A stretch of 64,000 nt of DNA, taken from the NCBI GenBank assembly GCA_965202585.1, contig OZ241827.1, positions 57,908,001 to 57,972,000 of the forward strand. Reading direction: 5' to 3'. Every line of letters starts with the position of its first letter. The stretch's first letter is position 1. The notes below the pieces were generated by a model. The model searched no databases. It was given only the letters and a program-made list of their open reading frames with translations, and was not told the origin of the DNA. Source of the DNA: Thalia democratica. Lineage: Eukaryota. This document shows positions 37,101 through 46,832 of the stretch, piece by piece. The translations under genes and the position numbers were made by a program.

Positions 37101-40100
37101 ATAACTTTAGATGTTTTGAAAATTTTAAAAATAACTAGCAAGTTTTATGTTGTTTTACAGTCTAAGTTTTCTTTTTACTTTAAAAAATATTTCATGTATT
37201 CTTTGTAAGGTCATAAGCATACGCTTTATAGTTTTTGATAAGAAAACTTTTATTTTGTTTACTATCATATAAATACTAACGCTTATAAAGATTTAAAATT
37301 CACACAAGAATCACAAATTTCAGGTGATACTTTGAATTACTTAGGAAATTATTGTTTATTTAAAATGATAAAATTATATGGAACCCTATAAAAAAGTGTG
37401 AAAGCACATGAATAGATTTCACTAGTAATACAGCATGCAAACTTACTACAACTTTCGCGTTTTCTTTTATCGGCCCTGCGAGAGAGTAAACAAAGTCGTC
37501 CAAATTTGACAGCTCCTCGGCATCAGCTAGCGGTTGTTTTGCTTCTTCGTTCACTTCTATCAAGCTGAGGTTTTTCTCCTCAGATACTATATCTGCAATG
37601 CAGTTTGTTATGTAAGCTGAAACATAGTTGTTGTGTATTTGTAAAATTAAGAAAATTGCATTTCTACTGACCGTTTTTTTTTTTAATAACAGTTATGTAT
37701 TGAATTTAAATTTTTATTACATCTAAAGGGTATTTAAAAAAAAACATGAACAAACAGCTGTTTAAAAATTAAAACGATATGAAGTGTATATGTTATGTAA
37801 ATGAGCGATAAAAAAGTTTATTGTAATGTACATAACGACAATAATCTTAAGTAAAATATCAAATGCTATCAGTATAATACGTTAAAATATTAAACTAATT
37901 TACCGAAGCTAACATCCCCAGAAACTATAATGTTTGTGCTTGATGCTGGGATCTCTGTGATTGTTTCTGAAAATCAACAATTAAGATAAAATTTTGAAAT
38001 TTTAACAAAAAATTACTGTTGTGTTATATGTTTTTACTTTTTCAAACTATTTTTAATAATATGATAGATTCTGAGAAAAAGTAGCATCGGAACTACTAAC
38101 AAAAAATTGTAAACTATTACAATTAATGTATATTAATTTTCATTATATTCATTTTCATTTTATATACTAAAAAAATATATTAAATTATGTAACACTTAGT
38201 ACTTATGGTAGATTTTTTCAAATATATAAAATTTCAATTTTAATAAGTTATAACTGTTTTTGACAAACCTGTTTAAACTTTTACATACGAGTAAAAGGCG
38301 GTGAATTATAAAATTATAAAATTATTTTATTTATTTGTTAACTATATTTATCAGTTATAATTTAATGAAGCATTTTCTTAATTTTATTTTTTTTAATACG
38401 TGAGAAATAGAATTTTAAGTATTTATAAGTTTACGGCAGCAAAATTGTATGTGTAAATTCATCAAATGATCAATTTTTAGATTAAAATATTTTTGTAAAT
38501 GTCAATTTTAGTAAGGTCAACAATTTAACATGTGGATGATTTATTACAGATATTAAGTCAGCACAGATAAAATATCGAATTACTTCGAACTAAAACGAGT
38601 AGGTATTAAAATAGTTAGAATATTACAAGTAATATAAAAAAGTGTAAATTATGATGATTAAGGAGTTGAATACAGTTTAATAGCCTTGTAAACTGATTTA
38701 AAACTCAATTTAAGTATTTTCTAAGTATGCACTTCGTAGAATATTATAAATCATCAGGTTTATTCTCTTCATACAATTGTAAACATATTAACTTTGCATT
38801 ACTGCCTCAATTTTTTAGCAATAAGTGGTTTTTTTTATTTTATTTTCTCTTATAATTTTCAACTTTTTTAAGATATTGACAGTAACTCGTTTGCATATGC
38901 AACCTAGATAAGTTTTTTTTTTAGAAATATATCGCTCTTTATAATATTAAAAATTTTATTTTTCCTAATCAAAGCTGATAAAATACATGCAGAAAGTATC
39001 TTGTTCAATGTTTGAAAATATTTTTTTGGATTTAAAAATATGTTTATTACTAATGATAATTTTTTTTTTCTCAATGCTGATAAGTAAAATTTTAACTTTT
39101 TTTTTGAAAGACTTTTGAACACACTTTTTTCACAGCCAATATATTTAAAACCAAGCGTATTATATTCATAATATTCCAAACCGCTATCACTTGATGACGT
39201 CACAATACCGCTGATCAATCTGCATGAACTTCCGTCTCCTCCGCAAACTCCGCATTCGTCATAAACTTCTTCTCCGTACAAAACTCCGTCGCATCCCGCC
39301 CGCTGTGGAGTAGAAATATTTTGTTTGAGTTTAAAAACAGTTTTAGGTGCGCTATAAACAGCTTGCTGTGTTGTTTTGTGAAAAAAAAAATTGAAACTTA
39401 TTTTAAAATTTAATAAAGCAAACATTTTTATGTTTCATGTTTTAAACCAGTTTTTTATAACAGAAATTAATAAAATCCGTCCTACAGTAGTCCTACTTTT
39501 ATTTTTTGCAAATTTTAAATAAAACTGTAAAATTTTTAGTATACATGATTTTTTTGAAAAAAAGCAACCAAAGAAAAAGTAGAACATTTTTTTATCGGTG
39601 AAAACTTTGCTAAAAGAATTATTTTGTTTAAGTAAAAAACAATCAAAACAGAAATGCTCAGAACATTTGTTTATGGCTATCAAGTTTCTGTGTGACTCAA
39701 GATGACTACAACAGGAAAGTTTTCAGCAAACAAAGTAGAACACACAAACAAAATATCCGGTTATGCTATATTTCAACAATCTGCGAAAATACTATTGTTT
39801 GAACAGCATTCGGTATTGTTTAGCTAGAATTACTCAGAAACAGCTTCTTTCAAAACTGTGTTTTTTTCTCACTGTATTTTTTCGCAATGTTTTCAGCTAC
39901 TACTGAAGTTAAACACAAGAGTAATCGCGTCTTGTGATTACAAAACGAAAAGACATGACAATGGTATGTATGATAAACACACAAACTAGTAGAAATATTT
40001 CATTAGTGTTCCCAACTTGGCTATGGCTTATTCCGAATAATTTAATTTCGACCTCTGTAACACGTTTTAAACCGTGTTAAAGCTAAAAAATTCTCAACTC

Positions 40101-43100
40101 AATACAATTGTTTCTGAATTTCCGCTAAAAGAACTTCAGTTCACGACTTAATAAAACAAACATTTACATTAACAAATCACATATGCAGACCACATAGACA
40201 TGTAAATTGCAAAATAACATGATTATTCTCACTATTATGTTAAACAAACGGTTTAGCAAATGAGCCAAGAAATTCTTGTTTCAATTACAGTTTTTCCTTT
40301 TTGTTGTTTTTTAGTTTTTGATGAGAAACGAGCTTTACTTTTCGTCATTTGTATAAAACTGTAAATTACTCCAACTCTTTTCGGATAGTTTTATAAACAT
40401 AATGATAAAGTAATGCGTTATTATTTTTTACTTGTTATTGTTATTATTATATTTTACATATAAGGTTGAATAACTTATGTGACAAAAAAGTTAATGATGG
40501 GAACAATAATCACGTGAATGAAGCGATTTATTATGTTTATAGTTTTCGCTAACCAAAATATACGCAATCTCTTTATGAACGCAGTATTATTGCTTATTAT
40601 TCGCAACCACAAGTTTTTTTCTCTTTAAAACAACCGAAAAAGAAAACCCAAACAATGGAGATTACAGTTGTCAATTTTATTTTAAGCAATAAGCACACAG
40701 TAGCATAATTACACTGATGGAATTTTCTTGCCGAATTACGAAAATCCAAACGGTATTTTAATCAAGAGAGTTGCGGCTTTGTGTTTTGAAATAAAATCCT
40801 CAAATATTTCTCACACCAACCCTACTTGATATAAAAAGACGAACTTTTTGTTTCAAGTGCGCAAGGAAGTTTCAGCGTTTTATAACAAACTGTTTTCATA
40901 ATTGATAAAGCACTAAATGCCAAAGGAGAAAATGTGAACTTTGTACTCCGTTTAATCTAGAAAATTGAAAATTTAGATGGAAATATGTTGGTGTCTGTCA
41001 TGAGGCTGATTAAGAAACTCGTTTATCCTTTTACTGTTTCAAATTCAAGCAAAAAACAAACTACACAATTGTTTAAAACATGATTTTTATACGTTGTTTA
41101 ATGTTGTGATGAAAAGCGTTTTTGAAACTTTATTAAAATATTTTTATAAAGAGAAAATATTAAAGCCTATCCTGATGTATTAAAATTTTTTATTCACTCA
41201 CTTCGCATTTTCCTTCGATGCAAACCCCGAAACTCTTTTGCGCCTGGCAACGGGTTCCGTCAACTACCTTGTCAGTTACCATGGCAACCTTACCCGTCAC
41301 GCTCGACCTGCAGTGGAGGGAGCAGTGGGAGTTGAGGTCCTTCTGCAGCCTGTGGTCGATGAGGTCGGAGGCGGTCAGCACGGGAAGCGTCCACTTTTGA
41401 GTTGCCGAGTTGAAACTTTCGCACTGGCGTTGTCTGAAGCTTACAGAGAACTGCGGGCAGTCCTGCAATTTATATTTTAATAATGAAATTTGCTCATGTT
41501 TTTAATAAAAAATATCTAGAAGTTCATTTTTTGTTCTACATGAAGAAACTAAAGAAAATGAAGCTAAGATCGTCTTTAAATTATATTTTATAGCAATCCA
41601 ACAAATAAAGTTAATAAAGCTTCCTTTTTAAATATGTTTTGTTTAAGTTTTTGAAAAAAATGACTGCAAGTTAACTTTTTTTGTCTGCATGTAGTTTATG
41701 TGAGTTAAAAAAAAAAAATTATGTCTGATAAGTTGTTATATCAACAACCTCTAACTATTTCAATGGATTTTAACTGTATTTAAAAAAATATTATTTACAA
41801 TTAGTTACTACCAAAAGAGTTCATGCTTCAGTTACATCTTTTTAACTAAAATCTAAAAATAACAATTAATTCTAAAATTTTGCTCAGTTTATGTTATTAC
41901 CTTACGAACATGACTAATTAAAGAGTAGCAGTGTAAAAATTACATTATAATGATGAAGGGTTAGCACCATTAAACATAAAACTAATATGGTAATAACATC
42001 AATGGAAGCCTGCATAATGTACTTTGTTGGTGCAAGAATTTGGTAAGACTTATACAAACAAAACGTTGTGAAACTTTAAACTTTGCTTAAACCCGGCTAC
42101 TGTTTTCAAGCACCGCAGTTATCAAGAAACTTGCAAATACTTTAATGCCCTTATTGGGTCTCAACACATTTGAAAGTGTTTGCTTTGCGCTTATGAATGT
42201 TTTCCTCATGTCTGCGGGTTTTTATGACTCACAACAATATAACTGACCTTGTTATGACCAAATAGTTTATATTAGTAACTTGTTGGTAAAATACGTACCT
42301 CAGTCGAGCATAGTTTGTATCTATAATTTTTTCCAATGCATGTTCTGTAAAAAAAACCATAGGTTAAAATAACTTCTAAACCTAAAAATAAGCTTTTTAA
42401 AATCTTTATTTAAGCATAACTAATTTTTTTAACACAACAAGCTAACCTATGTTAAGTTTTATTTCACAGAGTAACATACTTTTATGATTTTAACAAGCGG
42501 TGCAAAATTTAAAGTGTTACAAACATATGTATAACAGAAATTCGAACAAAAATTACAACGTAAAAAAAAACTTAAATTTTTTGATGAATTTGCTTTTTTG
42601 TTAGATCAAACAGTTTTTAAAGATCAAACATTTCTATTGAACTAGAACTTTATTGTGTTTATTGTATTTTTGACTCTTTAGTTTAAAAAAAAAGTTTTTA
42701 TAAAAGTTAAATAGTTAACCGCAACTAAAAGAATTAAAAAAAAAATTCTAACCCATTCAAACAAGATCTTGAAGATTTAGAAATTCCAAAACCACAGGTT
42801 TTTGTACAATCTGACCAATTTGACCATTCTGACCAAAGATTTCGCTCCTGTTGATATTGAAACTTATATCTAATTTATATTAAAATATTTTACTACAAGC
42901 TTAGTTTGTATATTTGTTTAAAAATCTGAACAAACTTTTAATGACTTTATAAACGTAATAATCAACCATATTGTATGATAAACTAAATACATGCAATATA
43001 GTTAATGCAATTTACAAACAATGAAATATTCCAATCTATATTTTATAATAATAATTTGATAATGATAAACTACAATTAGGTTGATAAACAATTTGTGAAA

Positions 43101-43889
43101 GCTCAAAAACAAACCGATAATTGACATTGGAATTCATTAATCATAATAATTGATGCTTTACAATGATAAATCGACATGTAAAGATCCAATTGTACGAGAA
43201 AAAATAAATTAAAGAAATCAAAAACATGTTTTTAGATATCTTTAAACTCTCAATACTTTTTAAAATTTTGAAAATTTTCAATCTTACATGTTTGACTACG
43301 CTGTGCCACGCTTCGTCATCGCCGCTTCCCCCTGTCACGTCATAATCCTCGTCGTCTGACGTCACGAATACATCTGCCTTGACTAATATCTGCAAAAATT
43401 TAAAAATAAAATACAAGGGGTATCATGCTCAGTGCGATCAGTTTCGAATAGATTAGTAAAAACTTGCCAGTCGTTTAAATCTCATAAAAATGTTTTCGCC
43501 GCTAAGCTAGCTCATGTTACACCTGCCGAAGAAGTTAATTTTATGTGCTTTTAAATATTTTAAATAGTTATGATCAGTTTTATAACTTTAATTTCTATAA
43601 AAAACCGACACTTATAAGCTATCAAAAATACCTTAGCTTTACATAAACCTTCTTGAAACTCAATTATAACTTTTTAATTACTTTAAATTGTGGTTTTAAG
43701 TGTAGTTTTTATTATTTTAGACTTTTTTATAATTCTAGTTTAAAAAATGTGCAAAAATATTTAAACAAGGAATTTTTATTTTCCTGTCGTTTGAAAAGTG
43801 GTCTTTTAAAGCCATTCAAACGTTATAAAACACTTAAAATCAATGTAAACAACAAAACACAAAGTTGCAAAGGCACGAAATAATCTCAT
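9897..43889 (-). CDS. ADAMTSL1/3: ADAMTS-like secreted ECM protein, ADAMTSL1/ADAMTSL3 (punctin/MADD-4) type; 34 coding exons, about 1708 aa; one in-frame TAG at codon 625
   Basis: Manual splicing: complement(join(43851-43889,43288-43389,42753-42847,42299-42344,41202-41462,39182-39302,37904-37966,37447-37592,36147-36321,35234-35249,34524-34619,34254-34301,33906-34116,33504-33636,32942-33035,32472-32628,31190-31358,28575-28728,18006-18225,17618-17803,17236-17413,16969-17146,16336-16517,15346-15452,14941-15067,14443-14728,13661-13917,12925-13107,12330-12458,12042-12257,11551-11734,10588-10795,10299-10417,9897-10137)). All introns GT-AG, phases compatible, total 5127 nt. 13 TSR-like repeats (W..W..CS.SCG.G...R.V.C), ADAMTS Cys-rich module ([16 protein letters not shown]), spacer, 4 Ig-like domains, no HExxH protease. 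Orthology between ADAMTSL1 and ADAMTSL3 cannot be resolved by eye. Confidence 0.9.
10299..10417 (-). CDS. ADAMTSL1/3: ADAMTSL exon 33: TSR12
   Basis: [39 protein letters not shown]|gtaagt. Confidence 0.93.
10588..10795 (-). CDS. ADAMTSL1/3: ADAMTSL exon 32: TSR11
   Basis: [24 protein letters not shown]...[16 protein letters not shown]|gttaga. Confidence 0.95.
11551..11734 (-). CDS. ADAMTSL1/3: ADAMTSL exon 31: TSR10
   Basis: [19 protein letters not shown]...[22 protein letters not shown]|gttagt. Confidence 0.95.
12042..12257 (-). CDS. ADAMTSL1/3: ADAMTSL exon 30: Ig 4
   Basis: tatag|[18 protein letters not shown]...[24 protein letters not shown]|gtaagt. Confidence 0.95.
12330..12458 (-). 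CDS. ADAMTSL1/3: ADAMTSL exon 29: Ig 4 start
   Basis: [43 protein letters not shown]|gtaggt. Confidence 0.88.
12925..13107 (-). CDS. ADAMTSL1/3: ADAMTSL exon 28: Ig 3
   Basis: [12 protein letters not shown]...[25 protein letters not shown]...LEIV|gtgagt. Confidence 0.93.
13661..13917 (-). CDS. ADAMTSL1/3: ADAMTSL exon 27: Ig 2 end and Ig 3 start
   Basis: [31 protein letters not shown]...VVIRCPTR|gttagt; D.G.Y.C motif. Confidence 0.95.
14443..14728 (-). CDS. ADAMTSL1/3: ADAMTSL exon 26: linker and Ig 2
   Basis: [14 protein letters not shown]...[28 protein letters not shown]|gtttga. Confidence 0.92.
14941..15067 (-). CDS. ADAMTSL1/3: ADAMTSL exon 25: linker
   Basis: ttgcag|[42 protein letters not shown]|gttatt; phase 0-1 fits both neighbours. 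Confidence 0.65.
15346..15452 (-). CDS. ADAMTSL1/3: ADAMTSL exon 24: linker
   Basis: ctttag|[36 protein letters not shown]|gtttgt. Confidence 0.7.
16336..16517 (-). CDS. ADAMTSL1/3: ADAMTSL exon 23: basic, divergent Ig-like 1
   Basis: [61 protein letters not shown]|gtttaa. Confidence 0.85.
16770..16960. promoter_or_regulatory. Intronic cluster of Forkhead-type sites
   Basis: TRTTTGCTCA three times (16772, 16814, 16836) plus further GTAAACA, TGTTTAT and TGTTTGC. Confidence 0.45.
16969..17146 (-). CDS. ADAMTSL1/3: ADAMTSL exon 22: linker and Ig-like 1 start
   Basis: [16 protein letters not shown]...[17 protein letters not shown]|gtaagt. Confidence 0.88.
17236..17413 (-). CDS. ADAMTSL1/3: ADAMTSL exon 21: TSR9
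   Basis: [19 protein letters not shown]...[24 protein letters not shown]|gtgagt. Confidence 0.92.
17618..17803 (-). CDS. ADAMTSL1/3: ADAMTSL exon 20: TSR8
   Basis: [19 protein letters not shown]...[31 protein letters not shown]|gtttgt. Confidence 0.93.
18006..18225 (-). CDS. ADAMTSL1/3: ADAMTSL exon 19: TSR7
   Basis: tttcag|[25 protein letters not shown]...[28 protein letters not shown]|gttagt. Confidence 0.95.
25634..25869 (-). CDS. ADAMTSL1/3: Alternative internal first exon with its own signal peptide (short C-terminal isoform, about 1078 aa)
   Basis: ATG 25869: [29 protein letters not shown]...IFPLNNKR, then AG|gtatgt, a phase-2 donor matching the phase-2 acceptor of exon 19; 236 nt. 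Confidence 0.7.
28575..28728 (-). CDS. ADAMTSL1/3: ADAMTSL exon 18: TSR6 end
   Basis: ccacag|[51 protein letters not shown]|gtaact. Confidence 0.92.
31176..31181 (-). terminator. Candidate intronic polyadenylation signal just after the exon 17 donor
   Basis: |GTGAGAATAATAAAGTT; AATAAA is common in this AT-rich DNA, so evidence is weak. Confidence 0.3.
31190..31358 (-). CDS. ADAMTSL1/3: ADAMTSL exon 17: TSR5 end and TSR6 start, with in-frame TAG at 31289-31287
   Basis: ttgcag|[54 protein letters not shown]|gtgaga; both halves are in one frame. Confidence 0.85.
32472..32628 (-). CDS. ADAMTSL1/3: ADAMTSL exon 16: TSR5 (alternative acceptor possible at 32649)
   Basis: [25 protein letters not shown]...[10 protein letters not shown]|gtttgc. 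Confidence 0.9.
32942..33035 (-). CDS. ADAMTSL1/3: ADAMTSL exon 15: Lys-rich linker
   Basis: ttccag|[31 protein letters not shown]|gtaagt; phase 1-2, required for frame. Confidence 0.8.
33504..33636 (-). CDS. ADAMTSL1/3: ADAMTSL exon 14: TSR4
   Basis: [44 protein letters not shown]|gtaaat. Confidence 0.93.
33906..34116 (-). CDS. ADAMTSL1/3: ADAMTSL exon 13: TSR3
   Basis: [24 protein letters not shown]...[23 protein letters not shown]|gtaagt. Confidence 0.95.
34254..34301 (-). CDS. ADAMTSL1/3: ADAMTSL exon 12: linker
   Basis: acaacag|[17 protein letters not shown]|gtgagt; 48 nt, phase 2-2 (skippable in frame). Confidence 0.7.
34466..34481. repeat. (TA)8 microsatellite
   Basis: Seen directly in intron 11. 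Confidence 0.8.
34524..34619 (-). CDS. ADAMTSL1/3: ADAMTSL exon 11: atypical TSR2
   Basis: tttcag|[31 protein letters not shown]|gtatgt. Confidence 0.8.
35234..35249 (-). CDS. ADAMTSL1/3: ADAMTSL exon 10: predicted 16-nt microexon (VNFCLR)
   Basis: ttcag|TTAATTTCTGTCTTCG|gtaatt; bridges the phase-1 donor at 36147 and the phase-2 acceptor at 34619. Confidence 0.6.
36147..36321 (-). CDS. ADAMTSL1/3: ADAMTSL exon 9: spacer end and TSR2 start
   Basis: [58 protein letters not shown]|gtgagt. Confidence 0.9.
37447..37592 (-). CDS. ADAMTSL1/3: ADAMTSL exon 8: spacer
   Basis: [49 protein letters not shown]|gtaagt. Confidence 0.85.
37904..37966 (-). CDS. ADAMTSL1/3: ADAMTSL exon 7: spacer
   Basis: tttcag|[21 protein letters not shown]|gtaaat; resembles spacer IP.GA.NI.V motif. 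Confidence 0.85.
39182..39302 (-). CDS. ADAMTSL1/3: ADAMTSL exon 6: Cys-rich module end
   Basis: [40 protein letters not shown]|gtttgg. Confidence 0.93.
41202..41462 (-). CDS. ADAMTSL1/3: ADAMTSL exon 5: Cys-rich module
   Basis: [18 protein letters not shown]...CSLHCRS...KVVDGTRC...VCIEGKCE|gtgagt. Confidence 0.95.
42299..42344 (-). CDS. ADAMTSL1/3: ADAMTSL exon 4: TSR1 C-part
   Basis: ttacag|[15 protein letters not shown]|gtacgt, phase 2-0. Confidence 0.9.
42753..42847 (-). CDS. ADAMTSL1/3: ADAMTSL exon 3: TSR1 N-part
   Basis: aacag|[32 protein letters not shown]|gttaga; WxxWxxWxxC motif; absent from ORF track. Confidence 0.92.
43288..43389 (-). CDS. ADAMTSL1/3: ADAMTSL exon 2: end of signal peptide plus acidic Ser-Gly segment
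   Basis: tgcag|[34 protein letters not shown]|gtaaga, phase 0-0. Confidence 0.85.
43851..43889 (-). CDS. ADAMTSL1/3: ADAMTSL exon 1 (probable): start of signal peptide [13 protein letters not shown]
   Basis: ATG at 43889. Joined in phase 0 to exon 2 it gives [19 protein letters not shown], a typical signal peptide. The donor GTT|GTTTAC is weak, so this is the least certain exon. Confidence 0.55.
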
Positions 43890-43939
43890 AAATTTCAAAT
43901 TCCTCAAAATCAAAACAAATTGCTGAACAAAAGGAGCAA

Positions 43940-44170
43940 GTGGCAAAAATGATTGAGACAAACAAAAACTTGCGTGACTGCGCGCACAAACTTGCTGCTG
44001 CTATGGTTGGCGAGCAAAAAGCACGTGGTGAGAAGTTGTTACGTCACAAAGGCCCGCCAAAAGCCGCTGTTTGTGACGTCACTGTTGTGTATCGAAGAGA
44101 AGTTTTATTTACGGCGACGTTGACCGCGCAACCGACTTTGTTTTGTTTTTTGTCGGGCGATTAGCGACAT
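43940..44170. promoter_or_regulatory. GC-richer proximal regulatory patch upstream of the start codon
   Basis: CACGTG E-box, GTGACGTCAC CRE palindrome (44083-44092), a second ACGTCA and GGCCCGCC, in otherwise AT-rich DNA. Confidence 0.5.
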
Positions 44171-46638
44171 AGTGTTTACCTTAAATAAACGAGAAAAATT
44201 ACGCGCGAATTACGAAATTAAAATTTGTATATTTATCTGCGCGCTTTAACTTGATTTAGCGGATTATCTTGTTTACTGATTGTTAATTGTTTATGAAGGT
44301 GAATGGCTTGTCTGGTTTTAATTTTGCGTGTCAATGTAAACTAATGCTTGCTTGTTATAATTTATCACGCAATGTTTTCATGCGAACTTATCATGGTTTT
44401 ATTTACACCATGCAATAAAGTACATCAATCTACTGAGCCAGTTCATAACTTAGAACCCAATTAATTTTGTTTACAAAAACTTGATGTGTTTGATAATTTT
44501 TTTGCTTAGGGTGCCATTAATGCAGCATTAAATTTCTGCAAACGAGCACGAAAAATTTTAATTATTCAGACATATAAAATCAGGTATCTGTTAACAATCT
44601 ATCAATCATTTAACATGTACTGACAGATGGGCTTATGATACCACAAAGATATTTTAACATATTTACTCATTTAAAACTGATGTAAATTAAAGATACTTTC
44701 AAGCTTTTAAGTATGAAAACATCGAAAACCGAAACTTTAACTTTCAATTTTCTGAACTGTGGTTATTTTTAAACTTAAAAGCATTAAATTAATCGAAAAA
44801 GAATCATTTTCGTGAAGTTAAAACAAAAATTTTACCAATTCAAGTTATTACTGATAATTACCGATTATTGAAAGACCTACTTTTAAACATAACATAATAT
44901 GTGTTATCGCATCAAAGCATGGGGACATGTCAAAATTTCACCATTGTCTTTCAGACTTAAGCTGTTTCACTATATATAACAAAACGAGTGTCATGTAATA
45001 TCTTGTCATTTTGCTCAGTCACTAAACAGCAGACGATGTTATCTTGCACACAGTTATTAATTGCTGTAGTTAGGAGCGCGTTTTTTTTGAAGAGCAAATA
45101 CTTTCGATTAGCTCGGTCGCTACAGAAAAGTAAGATAGCAGCAACTATTCACGTGTAAGCTTATTTAAAAACAGATTTCTATGAAAAAAATGATTTTTTT
45201 TTCAAATTTAGTTTTTTATTTGAGAATCTAATAAACATACGAATAAGCACTAAATTTATTTTTTATTGTTATTAATAGATTAGATTTAAGTGTAAGTGAC
45301 CATGAAAAAATAACAAGTTTTATTTCTCGGAAATTTATTCTGAATTAGTCGTTGTAAAAATATTTCTTAAGCAAAAATAATCAAGAAACAAGTAAATTTT
45401 ACTTTAAGCTCAACAAAACTTTCTTCCGGTATACAATATGACAAGCGTAGGCGTTACACGAACAGTCATAAGTTTACAGCGAAATGACAAATGTTTATTT
45501 GAATTGTATTTTATTTTTATTCGCTTGCAACCGCACAATCCTTCTCTATCACAACTCGAGTGCCTTTTAAACAGCTCACTTTTCATTTTTTAAATTTTGC
45601 GTTTAAGCCCTAAAAACGCCATCAGTTTACATTAGAAATTCCCTTCCAGGCACTTAAAATTTTTTTCTTCTGAGAATTTTTTGATTTGAGTTTGTCTGCC
45701 TCTGCTTAAAAAAATAAGCGGTCGTCTGGGAAGCGTTTTAGGGCAGAAAGAAATTATTCGACCCTGAAAGAATCTCGAAAAAAAAAGTTTTGAAAGCTGT
45801 CGTGGTGAAAATTTTTAAGGAGCTGTCAAGCGACTTAATCTCATTCTTCTTCGAGAGGCGAGTAACGCCCCTGAGATAAAAAGGAAAAGTTTTAGAAAGA
45901 AACACAGAAGCGAGTGCACTTCAAACCGTGCCACCCACTGAAATGAGAAATAAATTAAAAAGTTTAATCACGCCATGCCTTTCCCTTTCGCAGAGAGCTA
46001 CTTCACAATATGCTAGTGTTGCAATAAAATACAGATCAAAATTGAATCTGGCGTTTCTATTAAATACCGTTCAAAAAATAAAGTAGCAAAGTAGCACAAG
46101 AGAGTTAAAGCGGTTGAATTTATATTTGATGATGAGAAAAAGTTAGCTCGTAGGTTGCTTGCTGATTTAATCACTGAGGAAAGTAATTGTAAATAAGATC
46201 TGACAAGCAGATAAGCTTGGCTGACTTGCGCGGTGCTAACAACACGATTTCACTGCAAATTTCAGCGTAATTAGCTGCTAAACCGCTGTTTTGTAAACAT
46301 CAGGCGTCCTAGGTGGCTTTGAAGTTGCTGTGTTTCCAAAAAAAAATATTTGTTTAATTGAGGTTAATTGTCCAGTAATAGCTTTGAGTTGTTTCAAAAC
46401 TCAGAAACAATTCATGTGAGTGCACAAAAAAAAGTAGTTAGTATCAAATTAAACTTGTTTGCCCCTAAAAATTCTTTCGGTAAGTTATTTTTAAAAGACT
46501 TGAGTACAAGGACAAAATTTTAATTTTATCAATTAGAAAAAAAATCAAAATATTAATAGAAAGCCAACAACATGCTAGGCATGAGCTCGGGATTAAGCGA
46601 AATCCGGAGCACGGCAAAAATCCTGAATAAAATTGTAC

Positions 46639-46832
46639 CTTAAAAAAAAGTAAAAATAAACCAACTAAAATTGCGCGCGTGCCTTGACAGGTCACTGCTG
46701 CTCTCGCTGCTGAATTTTAAACTAAAATTAGAAATTTGAGCCATGAACTTGCCGCGAACGGAAGCATTCGAAGGTCGCGTATCACGGAGTGAATGATGTT
46801 TGACCAGAAAAAAAATCAATTTTGCTTATAAA
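46639..46832 (-). promoter_or_regulatory. Candidate TATA/Inr promoter and non-coding first exon with two overlapping uORFs
   Basis: GCGCGCGC-TTTATAAG (46840-46825); Inr-like TCATTC (46796-46791); donor AAG|GTACAA at 46639; acceptor ttttgttcag| at 43922 upstream of ATG 43889. Confidence 0.45.

Noticed and set aside
45607-45744. MITE-like inverted repeat GCCCTAAAAACGC / GCGTTTTAGGGC
   Set aside because: Imperfect 12-13 bp, no target-site duplication, no second copy in the window.
46465-46695. Track ORF MTCQGTRAILVGLFLLFFK as the signal-peptide exon
   Set aside because: Starts at GTG with an in-frame TAA upstream and no ATG; the ATG exon at 43889 gives a simpler signal peptide.
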